Shown here in pieces: positions 7,072 through 15,051 of a stretch of 35,048 nucleotides of DNA. Under the pieces are notes generated by a model. The model saw only the letters and a program-made list of their open reading frames with translations. It did no database searches and was not told the DNA's origin. Position numbers and translations under genes: made by a program. Each line of letters starts with the position of its first letter. Positions within the stretch are counted from its first letter, which is position 1. The DNA comes from an uncultured Chloroflexota bacterium (GTDB lineage: Bacteria; Chloroflexota; UBA11872; VXNJ01): positions 14,740 through 49,787 of the forward strand of contig CAYYTN010000001.1 in assembly GCA_964474495.1 (NCBI GenBank), read 5' to 3'.

Positions 7072-9834
7072 ATGATCTCACGGCCGATGCGCGCCCTCGG
7101 CCAAGCCCCGGCGTTACGCGGGCACGGTCCGTGGGTGGTTTTCGGGTTTGTGGTGGTCGCTGCGGTCTGGGTGAAGCTGATCACCATGCCGGGCGAGCTT
7201 CTGCAGCGTGATCTTGAGTACCCGCTCGTCTCCGACTACGTCCTGGATGATTTCTATCCAATGCTGGCTTCGGACGGACGGAGCGCGCTGGGTCATATGA
7301 GTCTTACGCCGGTGATGGGGTTGGTGGGGGTGCTGCTGGAAGGGATCGGCGGTACATCGGGCGCGATGATCCGCGGGCTCGTCGTCGGGCAGTCGCTGGC
7401 CGCTTTCGCATCGATGTATCTCCTGTTCCAGCTGGTGGCGGAGAGGGGCGCTACCCAGGTCTTACCGACCAGAGTGGGTGGGCTGGCAGCGGGGTTGTTC
7501 TACGCGCTGAACCCCTGGGCCATCGCGCGGGTGGAACACCTAGGCCTGTTGATCGGCTATTCCCTGCTGCCGCTGGTTTTGGGATTGGCGCTACTGGCAG
7601 TGCGACGGGGTTCGGCGCGGTTCGCCGTTGGGGCCTCGCTGGCGTTCTGGTTCACGGCGGCGAGTCCCCACTACCTGGTCTTCACGACTGCCATCCTGGC
7701 CGCACTCGCCCTCTACTACCTGATGGGTGCGAGGACCTGGGGCGCAGCCCGCCTGATGATTCGCCTCGGTGCGGTCGGGATGGCCACAATCGTTGGCCTG
7801 GTGATGTTTCTGGTACTGCCGACGCTGGCGTCATCCTGGTTGAGTGGAGGCCTGCCGGCCGAGATTGCCGCGGGTGCGGACGATCTGGCGATTCGGGATG
7901 GCGCGGCCTCCCGGTTGGAGATAATTACGTTGACGAGCAACGCGGTCTGGTCGGATGTGATGCGCCCCGCCGGGCAAGCCGGCTGGGCGTGGATGATGGT
8001 TGCCTTGCTACCGGCCGGAAGCCTGGTCTGGGTGTCCTTCTTCGGTAGACCTCGCGCCGGGGTTGGGATGCTGCTGCTGGCGCTCGCGGTGGTGGTGGTC
8101 ACGGTCGAGGTGTTGGTGGTCAGGGAAGCAGGATCGGGGGCAACGGGGTTTGTAGTTTCACGAATTCCCGGTGGACGCGCCCTGCGCGAGCCGGACAAGC
8201 TGTCGGGCCTGCTGGCGCTGGCGTTCGCCTGGGGCGTGGGAGGAGTTGTGGGGATGCTCGTGTGGTCGCTTACAGGCTCGGCACACAGGGCTGGGCAGAG
8301 GCTCGGGATTTCTGTGTTGTTGGTTGCGCTGGTGCTCGCGGCAACGGCGATGCTCACGCCAGCGATCCGCTATTTCCTTTGGACAGAGGGGGTTGCGAAC
8401 TGGCTGCCCCACTCCTGGCCGACCGGGTACGAGCGGCCGCTGGCGGCGTTGCGCGATGCGGAAGGGGCGACACGGACGGTAGTTTTCGAGAGAGATGAAC
8501 GCGTGCCCATCTGGGACGACACCAGGGTGCTGCGTCAGCCGGTATCGCGCTCCCTGGCCGGAGTGCCAACCGTGGGTTGGCGCCACGGCGGGAACAGCGT
8601 GTTCTTGAGCGGTCTCCTGCAACTGGAGGGCGCAGATCTGGTCCGCGCAATCCGACTGGCCGGAGCTGATCGTTTGCTGGTGGTGCACGATACAAGGGAA
8701 GGGGCCGAACTAAACGAGCGAGTGGCGAGGACGGGTGAGTTCGAGGTGCTGGTGGCGGATGAATACGTAACCCTATACAGCAGTGGGGAGGTGTTCGGCG
8801 GTTCGGGCTACGCCGCCGGCGGCTGGTGGCCGGTTTACGGTCTGAACGGCGCGGCGGCCGGAGCGTTCGGGGTAGAGCCGGCTCTGATGGTGATTGCCGA
8901 TGCCGGGGCATCGGGCTGCCCGGCGGAACTTGCGGCCCTGCCGATGATTGGCTCCACTCCCGTTTCGGGAGCCCTCCCGCCGTGCACGTTGCCGGATCGA
9001 CTGATCCGATTGCATCCCGAAACGGAAGAAGCCAACGAGTGGGAGGCGACCGGGGGATCGGCGGCGGAGCTGTCCCGTTGGTCCCAGGCGACAGGGCGGC
9101 AGGATCTAACGGCGCGGGAATATGACTACGGGTTGGGTTTCGCCTGGATCGAACCGGGACTCCCGGAAGGGCGGAACGCGATCTTCCCGGTGGGGCAGGT
9201 GGAGGTGGGCGCGCCGCTGTACCTGCGAGCGTTGGTTGGCGGGGCGGCGGCGGCATTGGAAGTGGAGGTGCTGGATTCTTCTGGTGCGACGCTGGCCAGG
9301 ACTGACGTTGCAGCGGATGGGGAGCCGCGGCTCGAATGGGTGCCGATCACGATCGTCGAGGGAGGGGGCTCGTTGCGGCTTCGGATTACGGCCGCCGAGG
9401 GCTTCGGTGCGGTGAACGCGGTGGCCCTGGGTAGCCGTATCTTCGGGCCGGCGATAGTGGAAACGGCTGCGGAACTGCCCACGGCCGTGCTGGTTCGGCG
9501 AGAGTCAAGAACACAACTGAAGGCCACGGTCGAGGGTTCGTCCGGGGCCTTTGCGCTGGTGGTAGCGGAAAACTACTCGCCCGTCTGGCGGGCGAGATAT
9601 CCGGGCGGAGAGGCATTGCCCTTCCCGGCTGGTTACGCACGAATGGGTTTTATGATCCCGGCTGCCGGCGATTTTGAAATAACGGTCGACTTCGTGCCTC
9701 AGGGTTGGCACGACGCGGGATTGATTGTTTCGGGAGTGACGTTGGCGGGCGCGGTTGCGTACCTGATTTGGCCGATGGCAGGGTGGGTGATTCAGATGGG
9801 GCGGCGGGCGAGGCAGACCACCGAAGTGCCGTAG
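7072..9834 (+). CDS. Giant GT-C fold membrane glycosyltransferase, divergent AftD/DUF3367-like paralog (920 aa)
   Basis: The ATG lies 4 nt after the carbamoyltransferase stop. The N-terminal ~430 aa are multi-TM, with QRDLEYPL in the first loop, FYALNPW and ALREPDKLSGLL. The C-terminal module is VAENYSPVWRA...GYARMGF...DFVPQGW plus a terminal TM helix, shared with the three larger paralogs. Confidence 0.7.
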   Translation: MISRPMRALGQAPALRGHGPWVVFGFVVVAAVWVKLITMPGELLQRDLEYPLVSDYVLDDFYPMLASDGRSALGHMSLTPVMGLVGVLLEGIGGTSGAMIRGLVVGQSLAAFASMYLLFQLVAERGATQVLPTRVGGLAAGLFYALNPWAIARVEHLGLLIGYSLLPLVLGLALLAVRRGSARFAVGASLAFWFTAASPHYLVFTTAILAALALYYLMGARTWGAARLMIRLGAVGMATIVGLVMFLVLPTLASSWLSGGLPAEIAAGADDLAIRDGAASRLEIITLTSNAVWSDVMRPAGQAGWAWMMVALLPAGSLVWVSFFGRPRAGVGMLLLALAVVVVTVEVLVVREAGSGATGFVVSRIPGGRALREPDKLSGLLALAFAWGVGGVVGMLVWSLTGSAHRAGQRLGISVLLVALVLAATAMLTPAIRYFLWTEGVANWLPHSWPTGYERPLAALRDAEGATRTVVFERDERVPIWDDTRVLRQPVSRSLAGVPTVGWRHGGNSVFLSGLLQLEGADLVRAIRLAGADRLLVVHDTREGAELNERVARTGEFEVLVADEYVTLYSSGEVFGGSGYAAGGWWPVYGLNGAAAGAFGVEPALMVIADAGASGCPAELAALPMIGSTPVSGALPPCTLPDRLIRLHPETEEANEWEATGGSAAELSRWSQATGRQDLTAREYDYGLGFAWIEPGLPEGRNAIFPVGQVEVGAPLYLRALVGGAAAALEVEVLDSSGATLARTDVAADGEPRLEWVPITIVEGGGSLRLRITAAEGFGAVNAVALGSRIFGPAIVETAAELPTAVLVRRESRTQLKATVEGSSGAFALVVAENYSPVWRARYPGGEALPFPAGYARMGFMIPAAGDFEITVDFVPQGWHDAGLIVSGVTLAGAVAYLIWPMAGWVIQMGRRARQTTEVP

Positions 9835-10595
9835 GGAACGTCCCAGCGCGCCACTACCGGTGCTTCGGCGGCGAAGATGGCGTACAGGATCGGGTTCAGC
9901 AGACCGGGCAGAAGCCGGTTTTCGGATCTTGCCGCCATACCGGTCAGACGCAGAACTCGCCGGGCGGCCAGGATGGGGAGTGCCAGCGCAATGTTCATGC
10001 ACGTTGATCGGACGACTTGAAGGCCGGAAGCCACCAGGCGCTCTTCGATCATGCTCCGGGAGTAGCGACGATGGTGGCCGGACACCTCGTCCTGCCAGCC
10101 CCACAGCGAGCGGAAGGCGGGGACCACGACGACCGCCAGTCCGCCGGGTTTCAGGACGCGGCAGATTTCGGCGGCGGCATCCGGATCGTCGGGAATATGC
10201 TCGAGGACATCAGTGGCCAGGACAGCGGCAAACGCCTGATCGCGAAACGGAACCGCGACGGCATCGGCTAGGGTCTCGGCGGAGTAGCCGGCTTCGCGAC
10301 TGAGAGCCAGCGCTTCGAAGGATGAATCGAGTGCGAACTGCGGACGGGCAAATTGCTCTAGCAGGTCCCGGTTGGTGCCGGGACCGCTGCCCAGATCGAG
10401 TATCGGGCCGGCGGGGATGGAATTCAGGTGGGGACGTAGCAAACTGCCCAGGACCGTGCGCCGGCCGCGGTACCACCAGTGGCGTGACTTGATTGCGTGC
10501 AGCTCGCCTACGAGGTCGGGGTGCATGTTCGGCTGTTCATCCATGTTTCGGAGATTGTGGGTTGAACCCGGGGCGTGACTGCCGCCCTCCATCAT
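9792..10595 (-). CDS. Class I SAM-dependent methyltransferase
   Basis: 267 aa, with HWWYRGRR, ILDLGSGPGTN (motif I), ATDVLEHIPDD and VLKPGGLAVVVVP. Several in-frame Met codons could serve as the start. The 3' end overlaps the 7072..9834 gene by 43 nt (convergent). Confidence 0.85.
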   Translation of the reverse strand: MMEGGSHAPGSTHNLRNMDEQPNMHPDLVGELHAIKSRHWWYRGRRTVLGSLLRPHLNSIPAGPILDLGSGPGTNRDLLEQFARPQFALDSSFEALALSREAGYSAETLADAVAVPFRDQAFAAVLATDVLEHIPDDPDAAAEICRVLKPGGLAVVVVPAFRSLWGWQDEVSGHHRRYSRSMIEERLVASGLQVVRSTCMNIALALPILAARRVLRLTGMAARSENRLLPGLLNPILYAIFAAEAPVVARWDVPYGTSVVCLARRPI

Positions 10596-10759
10596 GGAGA
10601 CGGCGCGCCTCTTTTGCCAGCGGCGGGAGGACCAGTTTCGGGAGAGGCCGATTGCCCGACCGTCCGCTGGTCAAGAATAGTTTCGCTGAACAGCTTTGCA
10701 CCGCCGGTTGTTCGTGGTGGTGACGACACTTCGGGCGGATGAGGTAGAGCGCGTAGCGG

Positions 10760-10765
10760 TAGAAT
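10760..10765 (+). promoter_or_regulatory. Candidate -10 box TAGAAT, 157 nt upstream of the GtrB/ArnC-like gene
   Basis: Exact TAGAAT (context GCGG-TAGAAT-CTCGC) in the 327-bp divergent intergenic region. It implies a long leader that contains the GC hairpin at 10783..10803. Confidence 0.3.
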
Positions 10766-10922
10766 CTCGCACTGATGGGAGCGTGGCGCCGACGCTGCGC
10801 CACTTGCACCAAACGGATGGCACGCGATTGATCACGATCCAGATTGATAGATCTCCCCGATCCCGCGTATGGGCGCGGACCGGGCGCCCCGTCCTGTTGC
10901 CCGGTCGAGGGATCGCGACCTA

Positions 10923-11921
10923 ATGATCGAGTTTTCGGTGGTAGTACCTCTTTACAACGAGGCCGGTAACGTTGCGCGGCTGGTTACCGAACTGGTGGAG
11001 TCGTTGTCCGGGCGGGACTTCGAGATAGTGCTGGTAGATGACGGTTCGGATGACGGCACCGTCGCTGAGCTGGCGAAGGTGGCCGGGGAGGAGCCTCGCG
11101 TTCGGGTCGTGTATCTAACTAGGAACTTCGGTCAAACGGCCGCCCTGGCGGCCGGTCTGGCCGACGCGACTGCCGAGACCATCGTCACGATGGATGGCGA
11201 TCTGCAGAATGATCCATCCGACATTCCGGGGCTTTTGGACAAATTGGACGAAGGCTTCGACGTGGTCAGTGGCTGGCGCCGGGAACGCACTGGCTCATTT
11301 GTGTCGAGGCGTCTGCCGTCACGGATCGCGAATTGGATGATCAGCCTCGTTGTGGGGGGAAGGGTGCACGACAACGGCTGCGGACTCAAGGCATACCGGC
11401 GCGAACTTTTGGAACAGCTCCAGCTCTACGGAGAAGGGCACCGCATTTTGATGGCCCAGGCGGTGGAACTCGGTGTGAGGATCGCGGAAGTGGAGGTGGC
11501 GGATCGGGCGCGAAGTTACGGGGCCTCGAAGTATGGAATCTCACGGACCTACAAGGTCTTGCTGGATCTGCTTGCGTTGAAGTTCTTGTCTTCCTACGCG
11601 TTCAAACCGATACGGGTTTTCGGCGGAATCGGATTCATTTTCCTGGCGGCATCGCTTCTCCTGGGAGCGGGCCTCATAGTCTGGCGACTGTTGGGCGAAG
11701 GATTCATCATCCAGACGCCGCTGTTGTTGGTGGCCGCGGTTCTTTTTATTGTGGGAGTCTTCCTCGTCTTGCAGGGATTGCTCGCGGAATTGACGGTTCG
11801 CCTGTACCACGAGGTCCACGGTGGGCCTATCTACCGAACGAGGGTTCCTGTCCTGAGGTCGGCGGAGGATCAATCCGGCGAGAACAAGCCGGATCACGAT
11901 CCTTCCGACGGCGAACGATGA
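10923..11921 (+). CDS. Polyprenyl-phosphate glycosyltransferase, GT2 (GtrB/ArnC/DPM1-like)
   Basis: Motifs FSVVVPLYNE, EIVLVDDGSDDGT, LTRNFGQTAALAAG, VTMDGDLQNDP, DVVSGWRRER and RIANWMI, followed by two C-terminal TM helices. This is the ArnC/GtrB layout. ATG 10923 is preceded by GAGGGA (10907..10912). The track start at 10869 only adds an Arg-rich extension. Confidence 0.9.
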   Translation: MIEFSVVVPLYNEAGNVARLVTELVESLSGRDFEIVLVDDGSDDGTVAELAKVAGEEPRVRVVYLTRNFGQTAALAAGLADATAETIVTMDGDLQNDPSDIPGLLDKLDEGFDVVSGWRRERTGSFVSRRLPSRIANWMISLVVGGRVHDNGCGLKAYRRELLEQLQLYGEGHRILMAQAVELGVRIAEVEVADRARSYGASKYGISRTYKVLLDLLALKFLSSYAFKPIRVFGGIGFIFLAASLLLGAGLIVWRLLGEGFIIQTPLLLVAAVLFIVGVFLVLQGLLAELTVRLYHEVHGGPIYRTRVPVLRSAEDQSGENKPDHDPSDGER

Positions 11922-14900
11922 TGAGGGCCAGGGCGGTGACGGCGGCGGTCATCGCCGAAACAACAACCGCGGCCGAGAACCATCCTTGGGGTTGAAAGTT
12001 TATTTCGACCAGTCCGTTGTCCGACGGCTCAAACAGGTAAGCGTTGGCGTAGTCGTCTACCTGGAAGTGCGGCAGTGGCCAGCCACCGGACGAAGCTACC
12101 CACTGCTCGTGAAATGACTCATTGAAGACCAGGACGCACGGCGAGTCGCAGTTCACATCGACGCTATAGCCAGTTGGGGATGCCCGGAGGACCGTGACGG
12201 CACCGGATTTAGGTGGGGACTGGCGAACCGAATCTGGGATGAGTTCGAGGAAGTAGTCCTCCTGGCCGAGTTGCGGGATCGTGATGGAGGAGGTCCCGGT
12301 GAGATGTAAGGTCGTGCCGAAAAGAGAGACCGAGCCTTCCTGAGGGTCCATGAAAGTGGCGCGACCGTCTACCGCAATGATCAGAGGATTGGGGCGGCCG
12401 CCGGGCCAGTCGAGATCGCCGAAGGGGCGGAAGGAAACTTGTAGCCGGTACTCCCCGGGTGGAGTCGCGGGACGCCACTCAAAGATCGCGCGAGAAAGGC
12501 CTGGATCACCCCGAACCGCGAAGGCCGCGTTCTGACCTCCGCGAAGGTCGGAAGGATGGGGGGAATAGAACGAGATCACGTTCTCGCCCGGATGTATCCG
12601 AAGTGCCGGCACGCGGATGGCGGTGGGCGTATCTGGTGGAACCTCGGTGACGCTCAGCAGCTCGGAATTCAGGTAGACAAAAAAGGAACGAGCCCGGGCA
12701 TAGGAGAATACGCTAAGGGAAAGCTCGGCCAGCACTGGGGTATTGGACTCGTTAGATGCGAGATAGTGTTCGCCATTGTTCAAGGTGAACCACCGCCAGG
12801 TGTGCCCGGGGGTTAGATCCTCGAACTGCCCCCAGGTTGTTGGGTCGCCGTAGCTGATGGATAGGCCGGGGGCCGCAGCCCGGACGGATCCTTCGAGATC
12901 GGCCGTATCGGCAAACACAACCGACTGCAAATCGGAACGACCGGAACTGATGCGGCCGTCTGACGCTTGCCCGGTCAGCAACGATTCGGCCGCCGCCGGC
13001 AGATCTTCGGAAGCCACGAAGACGGTGTTGGGATTCGCGTCGGGAGATGCAAGGAGCGCGACGCGGCGCGCATCAAGATTTGCCACGGCGGTGATTTCGG
13101 AAGCGATCGTGAAACGCGGCCTTGGTGTCTCGACCTCATAGATGTCCCATTTACCGAAGGTTGCGACCCGGATAACTCCGGGAGCATTTGCAAGAATCCG
13201 CTCGACGTTCTCGGGGGAGTCCGTTACGCGATAGCCGGAACCCTGGTAGAAGTCGTAGCGTACGTCGCGCTCATGTACCAGGTAGCGGACGCCGAGTCGG
13301 GATAGCAACGCGGGGGCAGCTTCGGATAGCTCGTCCAACAGATCGGCCTCAATGCGTTCAACCAGACGTTCGCTGGCGTTAGGCGCCCCCTGTGAGATCT
13401 TGGTGTTCTCGGTGGATCGTTTGAAGATCACGGGGTGTGTGGTCAGGGTCTGGAGGAACGATCCGAAGCCGGTATAGCCCCACTCACTGAGCCAGGGGGA
13501 ATCGCCGGGAATGGTCATGATTCGGAAATCGCCAGGCTGCCGGTTTATCCAGTCGGCGGCTTCATATACGTAGACGGGCGGTCCAGCGTGATTGGGGTTC
13601 AGGAACGTCCGCTCACCGGCAGTCGGGAAGGCAAGCCCGAAGGTGAGGGGGTAGGCGTAGAGGGGGCCGACGGCAAAGTACAGGGCGAAGGCGCAGAACA
13701 CCGCTCCCCGGGCGGCAGCCCGGTTTGACCAGATTCCGACAACACGGACGAGAGCGAATTCCGCGAATCGAATCAAGGTCGGAGCCGACAGGCCGATCAG
13801 GACCGCATAGCCGATGACGGTGAGAAAGGAGAACTTGAACCACGGACTCCTGATGATCCAGAAGAATGGGAGGTTGTCGACCGCCCAGGCATACGCCGGG
13901 CCAAGGGGGGAATTCAGGCCGGCGCCGGCGATGAGGCCGATCCCGGTCAACAGAACGAAATAGCCCTTGTATTTGCCGCGTCCCCGTATTGCCCCGAGGA
14001 GCACCAGCGCAAAGGTCGTCAGACCCAGAAGCACCAGCAACATGCTGCCGGCGAAGCGGGCTGCATAGGTGCGGTAGGGGTCGACAAGGCCCTGGTACCA
14101 CGTCCAGTCACTGACAAAGCGGATGTTGTTGCCGATCGATGTGTAGAGGCTCTGCCCTTCGAGAAACTGGCGACTGGTCCGCTGGAATTCGGGGAAGCTA
14201 TCGGAGGCTTGAGCGGCTTTAATGCCGGCAATTTCCGGGACGATCCAGAACGCGTGTAGAAGGGGGAGCACAATCGACAAGGAGAGCCCGGCCATCAGCA
14301 CTCTTCCCAACGCTGGCCATCGTCGCCGGGCGGCCGCAGACAGCGCCACGGTCAGGAACAGAAGCGGTACCGGAACAATCGCCAATATCATCTCGCTGAC
14401 GTTGTTGCCGATTGGCGCGGCGGCCAGGGACATGAGAGCAGAAATCAAGACTGCCCGGAGATAGCCGGTCCCGCTGGAGAAGACCCGCACCCAGAGCCCT
14501 ATCAAGAAGGGCATCACGGCCACGGCCGCGATCATCGGCTCCTTGTAGCCAAGCCAGTTGGAGATCAACCAGAGATTGAACATGTAGAACAACACGGCCG
14601 CCATCCGAACGAGGCGCCTTTGGTCGCCCTGGTACACACCCACCATCAGGTAGTACATGCTTAAGCCCGGGATTGTGAACCAGACGACGAACTGGGCCAT
14701 CTGGGCCCCAACGATCCCGACGCCGAGGCCCTGTAAGGCGGCGGCGATGAACAGCGTTGGGAACCGGCCCGAGTCGAGAATCTTCTGGGCTCCAGTTCCG
14801 AGTTGATCGTTCCAGACGTACCAGAACTGGGTGAATTCGTCCCAGTTGGGTGGGACCATGAGGTCCTCGGAGTTGAGCAATTGCCCTTCCCGGAACCAGA

Positions 14901-15009
14901 GAAGCGGCGCGAGTCCAAGTACCAGGATCAAGACGAAGTCGCCGATCGGCGCCCGACGGTTGATCCGCCCGAACCAGCCGGCCAGGGCGTGCGTCACGAA
15001 TGGATCCAA
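11827..15009 (-). CDS. Giant GT-C fold membrane glycosyltransferase, AftD/DUF3367-like (1060 aa)
   Basis: Motifs NSEDLMVP (first loop), FYMFN, FFWIIRSPWFKFSF, IRFVSDWTWYQGLVDPYRTYA, a large non-membrane region, FNESFHEQWVA...DDYANAY...FQPQGW and a terminal TM. The track start is TTG with no clear SD, so the start is uncertain by a few codons. Confidence 0.8.
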   Translation of the reverse strand: MDPFVTHALAGWFGRINRRAPIGDFVLILVLGLAPLLWFREGQLLNSEDLMVPPNWDEFTQFWYVWNDQLGTGAQKILDSGRFPTLFIAAALQGLGVGIVGAQMAQFVVWFTIPGLSMYYLMVGVYQGDQRRLVRMAAVLFYMFNLWLISNWLGYKEPMIAAVAVMPFLIGLWVRVFSSGTGYLRAVLISALMSLAAAPIGNNVSEMILAIVPVPLLFLTVALSAAARRRWPALGRVLMAGLSLSIVLPLLHAFWIVPEIAGIKAAQASDSFPEFQRTSRQFLEGQSLYTSIGNNIRFVSDWTWYQGLVDPYRTYAARFAGSMLLVLLGLTTFALVLLGAIRGRGKYKGYFVLLTGIGLIAGAGLNSPLGPAYAWAVDNLPFFWIIRSPWFKFSFLTVIGYAVLIGLSAPTLIRFAEFALVRVVGIWSNRAAARGAVFCAFALYFAVGPLYAYPLTFGLAFPTAGERTFLNPNHAGPPVYVYEAADWINRQPGDFRIMTIPGDSPWLSEWGYTGFGSFLQTLTTHPVIFKRSTENTKISQGAPNASERLVERIEADLLDELSEAAPALLSRLGVRYLVHERDVRYDFYQGSGYRVTDSPENVERILANAPGVIRVATFGKWDIYEVETPRPRFTIASEITAVANLDARRVALLASPDANPNTVFVASEDLPAAAESLLTGQASDGRISSGRSDLQSVVFADTADLEGSVRAAAPGLSISYGDPTTWGQFEDLTPGHTWRWFTLNNGEHYLASNESNTPVLAELSLSVFSYARARSFFVYLNSELLSVTEVPPDTPTAIRVPALRIHPGENVISFYSPHPSDLRGGQNAAFAVRGDPGLSRAIFEWRPATPPGEYRLQVSFRPFGDLDWPGGRPNPLIIAVDGRATFMDPQEGSVSLFGTTLHLTGTSSITIPQLGQEDYFLELIPDSVRQSPPKSGAVTVLRASPTGYSVDVNCDSPCVLVFNESFHEQWVASSGGWPLPHFQVDDYANAYLFEPSDNGLVEINFQPQGWFSAAVVVSAMTAAVTALALIIVRRRKDRDPACSRRIDPPPTSGQEPSFGR

Positions 15010-15051
15010 TCGGGTTGTCGGCTCGATCGCGGGGAGGCTGCGGCGGGCGCG

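Noticed and set aside
8354-9256. Long shadow ORFs such as 8354..9256 (-), 14219..15283 (-), 26297..27091 (-), 28971..29720 (-) and 33776..34375 (+)
   Set aside because: All lie antisense to, or out of frame with, CDS carrying strong family motifs. Their compositions are dominated by Arg, Pro, Gly and Ala, as expected for non-coding frames in GC-rich genes.
10826-10848. Direct repeat GATTGAT-N9-GATTGAT, considered as a regulator-binding site
   Set aside because: A 7-mer repeat within 30 nt has an appreciable chance expectation in a 327-bp region. I kept it only as a descriptive element of the leader finding.
10696-10923. 75-aa plus-strand ORF ending in TAATG at the GtrB-like start, and the in-frame 10869 start
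   Set aside because: The TAATG junction is suggestive of coupling. However, the peptide is not protein-like, starts at TTG and contains the candidate promoter. I treat the region as a leader or promoter. The 10869 start adds only an Arg-rich 18-aa tail before the canonical GT2 N-terminus.
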